A stretch of 62,993 bases of DNA, filler included, from Sphacelaria rigidula (lineage: Eukaryota), in NCBI GenBank assembly GCA_964200075.2. It is 11 parts of 11 records of this genome, joined end to end, with 100 filler letters (N's around TTAATTAATTAA, not from the genome) between each part and the next. Parts side by side here need not be neighbours in the genome. Positions count along the whole stretch, not along the records: positions 51,624 to 57,258 come from CAXNAA020025688.1; positions 57,359 to 62,993 come from CAXNAA020025689.1; 9 more parts are not named here. One strand, 5' to 3'. Positions 51,833 through 62,993 of this stretch are shown in pieces. How positions within the stretch are numbered: the stretch's first letter is position 1; each line of letters begins with the position of its first letter. The translations under genes and the position numbers were made by a program. The notes below the pieces were generated by a model. It was given only the letters and a program-made list of their open reading frames with translations. It made no database searches and was not told the origin of the DNA.

Positions 51833-52670
51833 CTAACGCTCTACGCCAAGGTGTGCATACTGGTCTACGATCGCTAATTCGTCTTCTCCCCACTTCCATT
51901 TCAACTCTACCGGATTTTTCTTATCTTCGTTACAGACAAGTACCGCGCATTTGTTGACGTTCGCTGTCACTCTCCATTTCTTGGTAGTTTGTTCTAGCGC
52001 CTTCTCTATCTGTTTCTGTAATCCTCCTGATGTTCCTGAAACCCTCATAAAGTCATCCGCGAACATCAATCCTAATACCATATCTTTACTCACCTTGACC
52101 TCTTGCTCTGCTGCTTCTATTGCTATTATCAAGTCATTGATGAATACCTTGCATAGAGTAGATGATAACGTACATTCTTGTGCAACTCCTTGTAAAATAT
52201 CAAAATGGTTTTATATTCCCCCGTCTAGCATCATAGCGCTCTTGGCACATTCTGTCACCTTCTTCACCACTCCCCGCATCTTCTCTCTGATCCCAACTTC
52301 CCACAGCTTTTTCCACAACCCATTTCTCCATACTGTATAATAAACCTTTTGCACACCCAGAAGAAACAGTACGTTGTCAGCCCGGTGTCTTTCCTACCCT
52401 GGATAATCATACCTAATGTGTACACATGGTCTACGCAACTACGGTTTGGTCTGAATCCTGTTCGTGCCTCGTTGATTTTGTCTTCCTTTTCTAGCATCGT
52501 TCCTTCTCTATCGTTCAGAATCTTACTGAATGTTTTCCCTACCGTGCTCAATAGCGTTATTTCTCTATAATTTCCTGGGTCAGCCTTGTCTCCGTTTGTT
52601 AAAAGATTGACGACTACTCCTTCTGTCCACCTCTTGGGCGTGTGCTCGTTCTCCCAGATCCAGTTGTACA
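51833..52670 (-). mobile_element. Degenerate non-LTR retrotransposon reverse transcriptase
   Basis: GDKADPGNYR; GFRPNRSCVDHVYTL; WRNGLWKKLW; LQGVAQ; GLMFADDF; KWRVTANVNKC; YAHLG. Confidence 0.92.
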
Positions 52671-53309
52671 GCAGCCAAATGATACCGAGCCGTAGGTTCT
52701 AGGGGATCCTAGATTGATGGCCCTTTTCTGTGTGGTCCCTTGCTGTCTGGCTCGTGATCTGTTAATGATCACTCCGTGATAGTAACAAGTCAGAAGAAAG
52801 AACTTGTCGAGCACAAGGCCAGTGATACTGGAGGAGTCCCTCGTTGAAAGTCCTCTTGTCCAGATCGTCTGGCAGAGGCTATTATATCTAGATATTCTTT
52901 TCGACACTCTGTTGGAGGACTTTGGCGGAGGAGAGGGGCCGCAGCTGGAAGCTAGTTTAGCCCGTAGTCGGAAGGAGCCTAACTTGAAGCCAACTTCAGG
53001 CGCACAGCAGTGGAGGACGCTCCGAGGCATCCTACGATAGGGGGGGGGGTATTTTGGGCCGTTTCTCGCACGAAATTCCAGGTCAAATCGTCGTTGAAAG
53101 CAGCAACGGTTGCTCGAATAAGCTTGTAATAGATACGTGACGCTCATTCATGCCAATTGACATCGTTTCGAACCAAATACAAGTGCACCGCGAGTGTGGC
53201 AGGTCGTCTGAAACACTTATAAGCCTCTTTTTTCGTGCAACCAAATACCCCCCCCCCGCCCTATCGTAGGATGACTCCGTTCATCGGTTGGCCTACACGT
53301 AAGCGAAAT

Positions 53310-53885
53310 AGAGGCAGCACCAACCAGTATGGATGACATCGCCAACTCAGAAGTTCGAGAGGCATGGTTAGGAGCGATGCAGGCCGAGCTAGGAGGTCAT
53401 GAAAAGGCTGGAACATTTTCGACTGACCTTGTACCGGAAGCAGCAAACGTGATTTCAGCGAAGTGGGGTTTAGTTGGAAAACTGACGCAGATGGTACTGT
53501 AACGAAGGCAAAGGCAAGGTTGGTGGCACGAGGATTCAGACAACGCTTTGCAGTCGACTATTTCGAGACTTTCGCGGCAACGCCCTCCATGGCCTCCATC
53601 AAACTGGTCATGGCAGTGGCAGTTCAGGAAGAGTGACCGTCGTATCATTTTGACGTGACATAGGCTTTTGTTCAAGCAGAAATGGATACCGACGTGTACA
53701 TGAGGTTACCTGAAGGTTGCTCCGTTTTGATAGACGTGACCGTGAAGCTGGAAAAATCTATTTACGGGATCAAGAAAGCGGGCAGGCAGTGGTCTCGTCT
53801 TCTTTGCCAAACTTCGCTGGAGGATGTCGGGATGGTGCAGTGTGAGGCTGACCTATGTGTTTTCAATATGGCAGGGTCGAAGAAA
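53310..53885 (+). mobile_element. Degenerate Copia/Ty1 reverse transcriptase
   Basis: [61 protein letters not shown]. Confidence 0.92.
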
Positions 53886-53904
53886 CTGTGGGGTGATACA
53901 GATG

Positions 53905-54220
53905 CAAGAGGACAATGACGCAGTATGGAGCAATGGGTTGTGGAAAATATATGGGGAACTTGGACCAGAGGGAAGATGTGAACGACGGTGAAGATGACAG
54001 AATGCGCCAGAAGTGCGATAATGCTAGACTGGGAAATATCTAAATATTTTGATATTTTACAAGGATTTGCACCAGGATATACGTTATCACCCACTCCACT
54101 CGAGGTATTTTGTTGATGACCTGATATTAGCATTAGAAACAGCAAAGCAAGGAGTGAAGTTGATGAAGAAGTTGGAAACGGTACAGATGGCAGCAGCTAA
54201 AAGAATACTTGGATGGCAAT
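53905..54220 (+). mobile_element. LINE RT fragment, same family as 51833-52670 in opposite orientation
   Basis: AVWSNGLWK; KMTECARSAIMLD.EISKYFDILQG; LETVQMAAAKRILG. Confidence 0.8.
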
Positions 54221-55069
54221 GAAGTCAGTGAAAGGTGCCAGAAAAATACCAAGATGCTCGAAACAAATGAGTATGCCCTCCCCTCTTGGAGTCTTCCCCT
54301 TTTCCTCACCCGTCAGTGCCTGATACAACGTAGGGTTCTCCACAATCCAACACGGTGACAAATTCAGGCAGTGCAATGCAACACGGTGGCAAATTCAGGG
54401 GTCAGGCGGAGTGTGGTTGCCAGTCTCCAGTTTGGTCCCCCCAATGTGGGACGCAAACAGTTCGGCTATGGAGTGTTTTAGATAGGGTGGGCGGATATGG
54501 AAGGAACTTCTTACTTTTGAGACAGCTGTAGTACGTGTATAATGTTTACGGCTAGTCCAGAGCTCGAAGGAAAACGTGTCAGACGGTAGCATAGCGTCGG
54601 GTCGTCGGGTAGGGTGCGATTGCCCAAGAGTGTGCGTGAAACATACTCACTCCATCTATGATGAGGCAAAAAATGTACAGTTTTGTAAACATGTCAGCAG
54701 CCGTCCCCCCAATTCCTCGAATCCTGTAAAACTGTAGACATAATCATGAAGTAAATGAAATAAACAAGGTATCCTGAACTGAATTTACCACTGAGATACG
54801 ATGTACTAAATACACGAAGACAAAGCACAGACATGACAAGAAACATGACCTCACACGCATGAGTTGTACATTGATGGTTGTTGGGCGAGTTTCAAGTTCG
54901 TGTGCCGTATCCTAGCTGAGCCATTATGAGACGGCCGACTTGTGGTAGTGAAGTCTTGCTGCAGTTGTACGGCACATAAGTTTGACAGCGAAAGGAGTGC
55001 GTGCGTTTACCTGTATCGTGTAGCAATATTGTTGGATTTCCTATTTGTTCGGAATGTCGGTCGGCGGGG

Positions 55070-55290
55070 CGACTATCATGCTATGCTTCTATACAAACTG
55101 TCTACGGTAGCCAGTGAGTCTAGAAACGAACGTAGTTCTTCGACTGTGTGTGGACGTGACATCTTAGCAATTGCGTCGAGTTTGGACGAGGCTGGTTGTA
55201 TGCCAGTATTATTGATCAACAGGCTAAGGAACTTCTGAGACCCTGCCGTAAAGATGCATTTGGCGAAATTTGCCAAAAATGGAATCGTAT
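55070..55290 (-). mobile_element. Gypsy RT-RNase H connection fragment
   Basis: NFAKCIF...KFLSLLINNTGIQPASSKLDAIAKMSRPHTVEELRSFL. Confidence 0.8.
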
Positions 55291-57372
55291 AGTCGACGAA
55301 CGTTGCAGGGGAAAGTTGAGGGGCGAGAAACACCTCGGTCAAGAAGCTTGTGAATTTCTTCTCTGATCATGCAGCGTTCTTCTGGTGGGAGGCCGCGTTA
55401 TTTTGTGGCAGAGGGTGCGCACGCGGTACAACAACCAGCAAAACAGTTGGAACTCGTACTTCGCCCCCCCAAGGGGGTTCAGCGACCACATCAGCGAAAT
55501 AGGTGTCTATGTGTAGGGCCTGTAAGAACCGTCAAAGACAAGAGATATAGTCGCGCAGTCAACTTGCATGGTATGCTGGGCATTAAGGACAAAGGACAAA
55601 ATAGGGGAACTATGTAAGTTTGCGTACTGAATAAGTAATGACAAGGCAAAGCACGGGAAGATAAGTGGCTGCATGATATCGAAAACCAAGTTTAAAGCAA
55701 CTGAACAGAGAAGTATCCAACTACAGTACCAGGAAGGGACAAGATAGTACCCAACTATGGTACAGGGTGCGTCAAGAAGTCAACCTGGTGAATAACAAAC
55801 CATACAATCGATTTCCAGTGTGGGATATGATGAGGATTATGTTCAGTTACACCAAGGTGATAACCCTGCTACCAGTATGCTATGAAAAGTTGCACGGGAT
55901 TAGCTAAACCAGACCAAATTGCTGACACTCTACGCCGGAACATACCGTCATTGGCAAACCGTTTAGTGCTTCCTGCGTGTCCTCCTCGACACAATTACGT
56001 CCAGCGCCGGTTTTCTCATCGGGATGCGACACACACACGACAAGAGTGTAGGTGAAACAAGGGCGGAAGTTAGAGCGTGTCTGACTAGTATAGTGGTCAG
56101 TACACCACATTGTGCCTGTGGAAACCCGTTCGATTCTCGGATTGGTCACCATGCCACGAATCGGTGATGAAGGCCTAGAGGTAGAGGGGTGCCAGTCTGC
56201 GGGCCCTCGAGCACCCTCGGGTCCATGCACATTTGAGCACCACCGGTTCGTACCGAGTTCGCGGTACGCACATCATGCTTAGCAGCGAAGAGGCTGCGGG
56301 TTGTCACGCAGGTGTTCAAGCACATCGGCTGCATCCGAGTCAGGCTTACTTCAGACGAAGACCAGAGACACCTCTCATAACCCAGCCCCAAAGATGGTTT
56401 AGATGCTTCTTGTATTGTCGGCGAGCACGCTATAAATAATAGCTGCTGTACTTAGTGGGATCAGTCCTCAAAGCTTTTCCTACACATGGGGTCGGCACCC
56501 GAATCCTACCACACAATAACAGTGGATCCTAGAAAATGAAGTGCATACAGAATATGGGGTTGAAGTGGCATTCCTCTTTTGCAGGGATGACGCAAAACAC
56601 TTGCGACCGAGCGAAGCCATCTTCCCCCCCCAAATGTCCGCAGCAGTTGAGCAGCTATGGCTAGGTGCACCTAACGAATGCGGTGTACACGCCGTCGATG
56701 ACGATATCACCAGAGAGAGAAGCAACGATAGAGAGGAAGCTCCTCGCCCGCGCCCTTTGCGTGTCCCGACTCGGCGATTACCAGACTCTCGAGAGACTGG
56801 CATCATCGATGATACCAGCATGTGCCAATTTTTTCATGTGCCAAAACATCGACGTGCGGGAAGATTCCGCCGTCTCTTCTTGCCTGTCGCCAACGCGAAG
56901 ATCGATTTCTCTCTGCCTCTCCTTTTGGACAGCACGTACCTCTATGCGCTGAAAAATATGTCGTTGAAAAAATAGGGCAATATTCCCGTCACCGCTACTA
57001 CTGTTCTCTGTCACACATATGCCAGAAAGGACGGTGCTGCGGCAATAACAGATAGATCCAATTTGAACATAGGGGATGTTATTCATCGTTGATCTTCGCC
57101 GACCTCCCCCTCCCGCCAACGGGGTGGCCGAGCAGAAGTGCGTGCCACACGCCAGTTGAAGGGGGTGTATGAGAGATCAAACACTTGTAGAAACCTATTT
57201 GACATGCGGAGTGAAAAAAGATACCTATGGTGGTGACCTAACTGTTGCTAGCGTGGCGNNNNNNNNNNNNNNNNNNNNNNNNNNNNNNNNNNNNNNNNNN
57301 NNTTAATTAATTAANNNNNNNNNNNNNNNNNNNNNNNNNNNNNNNNNNNNNNNNNNNNCTTATACACTGCCT

Positions 57373-57660
57373 CATGGGTGTCTCACGATTTAAACACTAC
57401 GTAGTACGACCATCCCCAGTGTGCGGAGTTGAGGTTCTCCCACGCCGCGCAACATGAACTAGCTCGACTACGTTACCTCGAGAAAAAACGCAAGCGTGCA
57501 AAACAATCGGCAACCAGGTTGTCTAGCTTGCGCAGTGAGTGGCGTGTTGTAAAGCGTCGTTTTGCAACCGACGTCAACCGCGTAGGGGGTCCGTCCCTAG
57601 AAATCCAGGACGGCGCACTGCGGGTTTTCGACGGACCAGGCTTCTTTCTTCTAGAGGGGA
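57373..57660 (+). repeat. Repeat copy, inverted relative to 62700-62993 (LTR-related)
   Basis: catgggtgtctcacgatttaaacactacgtagt is the exact reverse complement of the window end; diverged homology continues for ~290 bp. Confidence 0.85.
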
Positions 57661-58262
57661 GTGGATGGGCTCGGGCTGTTGATCATGCGTGATTTCACTC
57701 ATCGATTTGGGGTGTTTGATATTATCCCGAGATTGAAGAAAAGGGTACAAGAAATGCTAAGTCATGTATCCGTTTCTGGGATGTTGTTATTCGAAGGTAC
57801 AAGATATGTATGGTACGATACGGCTATAGGATTGAGAGATAATTTTCTTGATTAGGGGACAAACAGATCGATAGCTACGCCCGTCGTGTCACTTCCCCAC
57901 TGTCGGTCAGTACATGGTTTCTCCCCAATTGTGCTGCTGCACTGGGTTCAATAATCAAGGATAAAGCCAATCTACTTTGTTTTGAGTGTATACCGGCTCG
58001 GCAATTGGTGCTGAACGAGCCACCCGTTACGTATGGGTCTAACAATCGGTGTTGCTTGAAGCAGGGCGCCTTGAGCTTGAAGCATGGGCATGGGCGAAAA
58101 TCTTTTGAGACGATACAGCGCGTATACCGTTGCACTCTCATTTTACCTACTTCGTTCGAGGTGACAGACGAAAATTAAAGTTTGAGAGCCAACAACAACA
58201 ACAACAACAACAATAGCGAATAAAACTGACAACGATTAGAAAAATGCGCATGTACCACTAAC

Positions 58263-58375
58263 CATCTCAGGATAGGTCATGATCTTGGCCACCCTCTCCG
58301 GCACGCCGACCTGGTCCACCCGGAGGTTGGGATCCGGCGAAATAACCGTCCGTCCAGAGAAATCCACGCGCTTTC
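58263..58375 (-). CDS. RPC1: RNA polymerase III largest subunit, exon
   Basis: TAG|(G)[43 protein letters not shown]. Confidence 0.95.
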
Positions 58376-58469
58376 CTATTATTGCGGTTTCGCGACGTAC
58401 GTAGGATGGGGAATTTGATGACGCGTGCACATCTAGGAAACCCCGACAAGGCGGGACCATATTGAGGTC

Positions 58470-58540
58470 AACATCATCATCATCATCATTACCATCACCA
58501 TCATCATCATCATCAACATCATCAACAACAAAAGCAACAA
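58470..58540. repeat. Intronic (CAT)n microsatellite; also (GAC/AAC)n at 58765-58810 and (CAA)n at 58190-58213
   Basis: Direct reading. Confidence 0.9.
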
Positions 58541-59112
58541 GGAGCAGCAGTCGGTAGGCGGCAAGCGTATCCAGACCGGCTTCGTCAACACGTCATGCAT
58601 GGAGTAGGGCATCGCGTGTGAAAAAACGCCCACCGTGTCTAGGACGAGTTCTTGACTGTACAGCAAGTGGTCATACTGCACTGACAACGCTCGTACTCCG
58701 TAGGATTTGTTTTTGCGATGATTGGACTTCCTGCTGCTTGTGGGCTCGTCACCAGCATCATCATGGACGATGATGACGACGACGACGACGACGACAACAA
58801 CAACTAACAACCAACGAACCGAAACAACGCAGCAGACGTGGAAAATGACGACACTTTCTACGATACCCCCCCCCCGAAACATGCCTGGTTTGGGGAAGCA
58901 AAACCTTTACGTAAATCGAAATGGAAGAAGCTGAGCACAACGAGCAGCTGGGAATTCCCACGCTTGAATTCGTTCCCGCCAATGTCGCCCATATGAGGCG
59001 CTTCATGCAGCCTGAAACCAAACATCAGGCGCTGTATGTCCATTTTTTTCTTGACACTTTTTGGCTGGTTTCGGGGGGGGGGGGGGCCTATCGTGTAAAG
59101 TGTCTGACGCAC

Positions 59113-59242
59113 CCGACAGATTGCCCCGAAATCGACCGCTCTTGCCCTTTAACCGCTGACATAGCCCCCTGATGGGTTTTGTGGTCAAAATCGGCCTGGG
59201 TAGTCCCGGCATCTCCCCGTTGATGTACTGCGCCACCTCCAG
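59113..59242 (-). CDS. RPC1: RNA polymerase III largest subunit, exon
   Basis: [46 protein letters not shown](G)|[14 protein letters not shown] is Pol III-type (Pol II has RIRGNLMG). Confidence 0.95.
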
Positions 59243-59679
59243 CTGCAAGTACAGACCACAACGACCATCCCGACAGCGGGTACGCAGGCGAGGAACGGGC
59301 GAAAACACGAGCACGGGGAGCGGGGTGGGGGGAACTAGGCTTCAAAAAGATGTAAACATGTGGACGGCGTTGAGTCGTGCACAGGTCCTGTAGACGACTG
59401 TATGCAACGTTCATCTGGAAGTAGCAAGTAGCATATCATCGCCTCAAAAACACGCCTCGGTGATAACTCGTTGTTCATCCTTGGCACCATGTTACGAATA
59501 TCTACAGTGCTAACCGAAAACGTTTCATCCGGTAATCACAAACACCGTCATCGACGGTACTATATTTGTTTTTTCACGCTTGCGTCACACATTTAGTCCA
59601 CCCCTGCTTCCTCGGGACGAGTCCGTGACCTCAATGGACCAATCCATCTCTCACCCATCCGGTACACGCCTCTTTATAT

Positions 59680-59900
59680 TTCGGTAGTAGAGAGCTTTGG
59701 AAAACGCTGTTCTGTTATTTCTGAGGGCAAATATCTCAGGATCAGAATGTAGCGAAAAAATATTTTCTCCTCCGTCAAATATGGTATCCCTCTTAACTTT
59801 TTTTCGATGAGATTTTTCATTTCATCCTGCAGTTTGATTCTGAGATATTTACACTCACAAACAACAAAAAAACGTTCTCCGAAACTCTCTACTATCGCGG
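59680..59900. mobile_element. Intronic MITE/fold-back
   Basis: gtagtagagagctttggaaaacg...aaatatctcaggatca / tgattctgagatattt...cgttctccgaaactctctactatc. Confidence 0.65.
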
Positions 59901-60699
59901 ATTGGATCAGTATTTCCACACCGCGTCGACTTTCCTCAGACATACTCCCTCAAAAGTCACACCCTGGGAATGACAAACATCCATGTGTGTCTAGGATAAG
60001 TAGGGTACCGTTCCTCGGGGTAATCGGGGTAATCGGGGTTTTCAGGGAATTCACAATACCGAGTAAGCACACACCAAAGGGTACCTCAAGTATCAACTGC
60101 CGGAAAAACTGAGAAAGTATCGAGGTAATTGGGATATTAACTGCAAGAAAAATACGAGGGTAGCGCGCTGGTACTGATTTTATGTTATCGACTCATTAAA
60201 TCCACACGACACATCGTGTCGTATCCTATCGATATTCGGTGGTACAACTCCATATCGCTAATTTGTCGCTATCGGTTACAACAACACGATATTAGGTCAT
60301 CCTCCAATCCGTAATGACCAAAGTATGGTTGGGCTTACGCCCTCGCCTGGTACCTGGAGACGCAGCTATGACTTTGCGACATCGTGATGTGCATTGTTGG
60401 CTCTGTGATGTTGCTCCACCTGTTCTGGACGCCAGTCTACAAATTTCGGTATATGTGGGCGCATCAGCCGGGGTCAAAATCGAGGGAAATTAGAAATGTA
60501 CACCCTTTTTTTCTCCAGTACCCGGCCTTCCTCCTGTGGTGCTTGCCTTCCTTTATATTGCACGAGCTTCCGTGATAATATCGTAGAATCCTACCAAAGG
60601 CAAGCCCAAAACATGTCGAGTACCCCCCCGGGTACCTGAAATATCGACCCGTACTCGTACCCTACCCTACTGCAGAAAATCATCTTATGCCCGACATGC

Positions 60700-60873
60700 C
60701 TGCAGGAAATCCCAGTTCTCCATGATCATTTTGACGTTTGCGCCGTTGTCGAGAGCCATCTTCACGGACGCATTCACGTCGATGATCTCCTGCAGCTTCA
60801 CCGTGAGGTCGTCTTCGTTGCTGCCCCCACCGATATCCATGGCTACCGACGGCCGGATAGGCACTGGTGGCAC
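60700..60873 (-). CDS. RPC1: RNA polymerase III largest subunit, exon with GC donor
   Basis: CAG|VPPVPIRPSVAMDIGGGSNEDDLTVKLQEIIDVN...MENWDFLQ|GCATGT; 174 nt. Confidence 0.93.
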
Positions 60874-62699
60874 CTGGGAAAAAATCAAGCACGTACACAC
60901 ACACGCGCGCGCGCGTGCACAGTTGTGCGGGTCGGAGCTCATAAGAGGGGGACAGCGCGTGCATTGCGCTAAGTTGACTGGGGGGTTTAGTGAGTTCGAC
61001 CCCTACACTGCTTCGAGCAAACCTTTCCGAATCCTCGACGCGCCTACCCCACATAACTGCCGCGAGGCGGTCCAGCCAAGCCTCCGGGTATTCGACACAC
61101 ACACTCGTTCGCGGGGTAGGTGTTGGGCGACGTTTCCTCTTTCCTTCAAGGAACACACAGACACACAGACACACACACAAAATGTCACTTTCATTTTTTC
61201 CCTTCATCACGCCGCTTTTGTGGCATCATCCCAATCATATCTTTTGTCCTTCTGATGAACAAGGTTTAGTTTCGGTAATTGTTTTTTTTTCCTTGTCTTC
61301 CCGTTTTCTCGCTTGAAAGGTACACATATCTTCGCGATCACTGTTGAATTTATAACCGGATGCCGTGAACTTTGACAGAATCACTCGATCCACGGGTCTA
61401 TTCATCAGCGAAATAAATGGAATATGACTCAGAATCCTTATTTATGGGGCATTATTTCTAAGGATATTTCGACTTTCTATTTTCCAAAAAATTGTAATTT
61501 CCCCTCAACCTTTCCGAAAAGAAAATAAATGCTGAAAGACAATTCCAACGCTAGATTCGGGGAGAAAATCTGTAATCAGTTTTCAATTGATGTATCGCCT
61601 GCTTGGGATAAAAACTACGCTCTTACATTTTTCGGAGAAGGAGTTTGTTTTTCCTCTCGAAAAATTCGGAGGGGTACCTTCGGGCAAAATCAGATTCGCT
61701 AATAGGACCCGTTATCCATGGTTGATTTGTCTTGTCCCGCTGATGAGCGGGTTCAAGTGCCCACATAGTCATGACTTTGGACCGTCCGAGGACCGAAGTC
61801 GGTCTGGGTAATGTGGATCGTGTACTGGACCGACCTGGGTAGCACAACAGGACGGGGTTCAAGTGGGTGAATGTCCGTCCCACACTACCCCAGGCATGTC
61901 GGGGTATCCGTCACACATGACCAACGCAAGACGGTCTGGCCGGACCTTCGGCTAAGCGACGTACGTGCCCGTGGGATCGGTAGATTACCAGGTAAAAATG
62001 TTTCCTCCGAGCTCCTTACAGCGACTGAACAGGGAATGAATGAACAAATGGCAATCAACGGTCGGCTGGACAGACGCTGATGGGGTGCAAGGGAAAAACA
62101 AATAGAGGGATGAAAGGAATCATCTACAGGGCTGCGTACTTCTGCGATCACGAGGTGAGCGACTTGCAAGGTTCTAGATCTCATCCAGAACCGATTTTAG
62201 GTAGCGGTTGCGGGTTATCTACATCCACGAAAAGGTTCTGAAGTCATTCAAAAGGTTCTGATGTTACCAAATATATCTCCTCGCGCACGGATCTAACCCT
62301 AAACTCACAGGGAAGGTCGAAGTTCTCGCCTGCCGAAACAGGCACGCACGACGTCTCTTCTCAGCGAACACCTCACACTACTGTCCAAGGGTCAGTCGTC
62401 ACCAACAGGTTCTGAACTCAACAAAAAACGTCCTCAGAACATTCCGCATCGAGGTATCAAGCCTTTCGTTCTTAACGTATTCCGCTTCAAGATCTCAAGC
62501 CTTTGCTGCTGTACAAAAGCCGGTTCTCAACTCCTCCATCAAGTGTCTTAGTTCTGCTTCGATGGTACTCGGTCATCATCCAATGTTCGACAACACACCA
62601 TCGGGCAGATTTCCGGGCAGAGATCGGGCCATATCTCGACACCATACTCTCTCGACACCATACACTCGTCCCGACAGTGGAATGGGTGTTACCAGCAAC

Positions 62700-62993
62700 C
62701 TTCACCCCCTCCACAAGAAGCTCGGTCCGGCGAGAACCCGGCGTGCTCCGTCCCGGCTTTGTAGGCATTGACCCCCTATGGGGTTGGTATCGGTTGGCAA
62801 TGACGCTGTAAAACACGCCACTCACTGCGTAAGCAAGGCAACCAGGTTACGATTTGTTTTGCGCGCTTGTGTTTTTGTTTAGGTAAACATGATGGTAGTC
62901 AAGCTAGGTCATGTTGTGCGGCGTGGGAGAACCTCAACTCCGCGCAAAGGGGATGATCGCACTACGTAGTGTTTAAATCGTGAGACACCCATG
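62700..62993 (-). repeat. Repeat copy, inverted partner of 57373-57660
   Basis: Reverse-complement homology; also shares cctacaaagccgggac with the LTR-like end at 22829-22844. Confidence 0.85.

Noticed and set aside
33424..61760. Hammerhead ribozymes at CTGATGA motifs (33424, 38103, 49514, 61252, 61740)
   Set aside because: No properly placed GAAA and stems seen by eye

Overview
This window is not a contiguous locus. It is 11 unrelated contigs of nearly equal length (8 x 5636 bp, 3 x 5635 bp), each pair joined by a 100-nt artificial spacer (44N-TTAATTAATTAA-44N), so adjacency across spacers has no biological meaning. The DNA is eukaryotic, intron-rich and repeat-rich. It is probably from a brown alga or other stramenopile (inferred from short exons in long introns, CA/A-rich acceptors and the TE landscape). 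Recognisable host exons: the last two exons of a glutamate synthase large subunit; two peroxiredoxin (AhpC/TSA-like) exons; one germin/spherulin cupin exon; a SAP-domain terminal exon; a possible AP2-like exon; and three exons of RNA polymerase III largest subunit (RPC1), with a GC-AG intron. Most of the rest is decayed mobile DNA: LINE RTs, Gypsy and Copia pol fragments, a solo LTR, two tRNA-derived SINE families, piggyBac- and Harbinger-like MITEs, fold-backs and satellites. The least explained signal is a set of loop-less ~78-90 bp palindromes centred on AGCGCT, which appear to cap the ends of several repeat families. No CRISPR array, intact transposase or viral gene was found.
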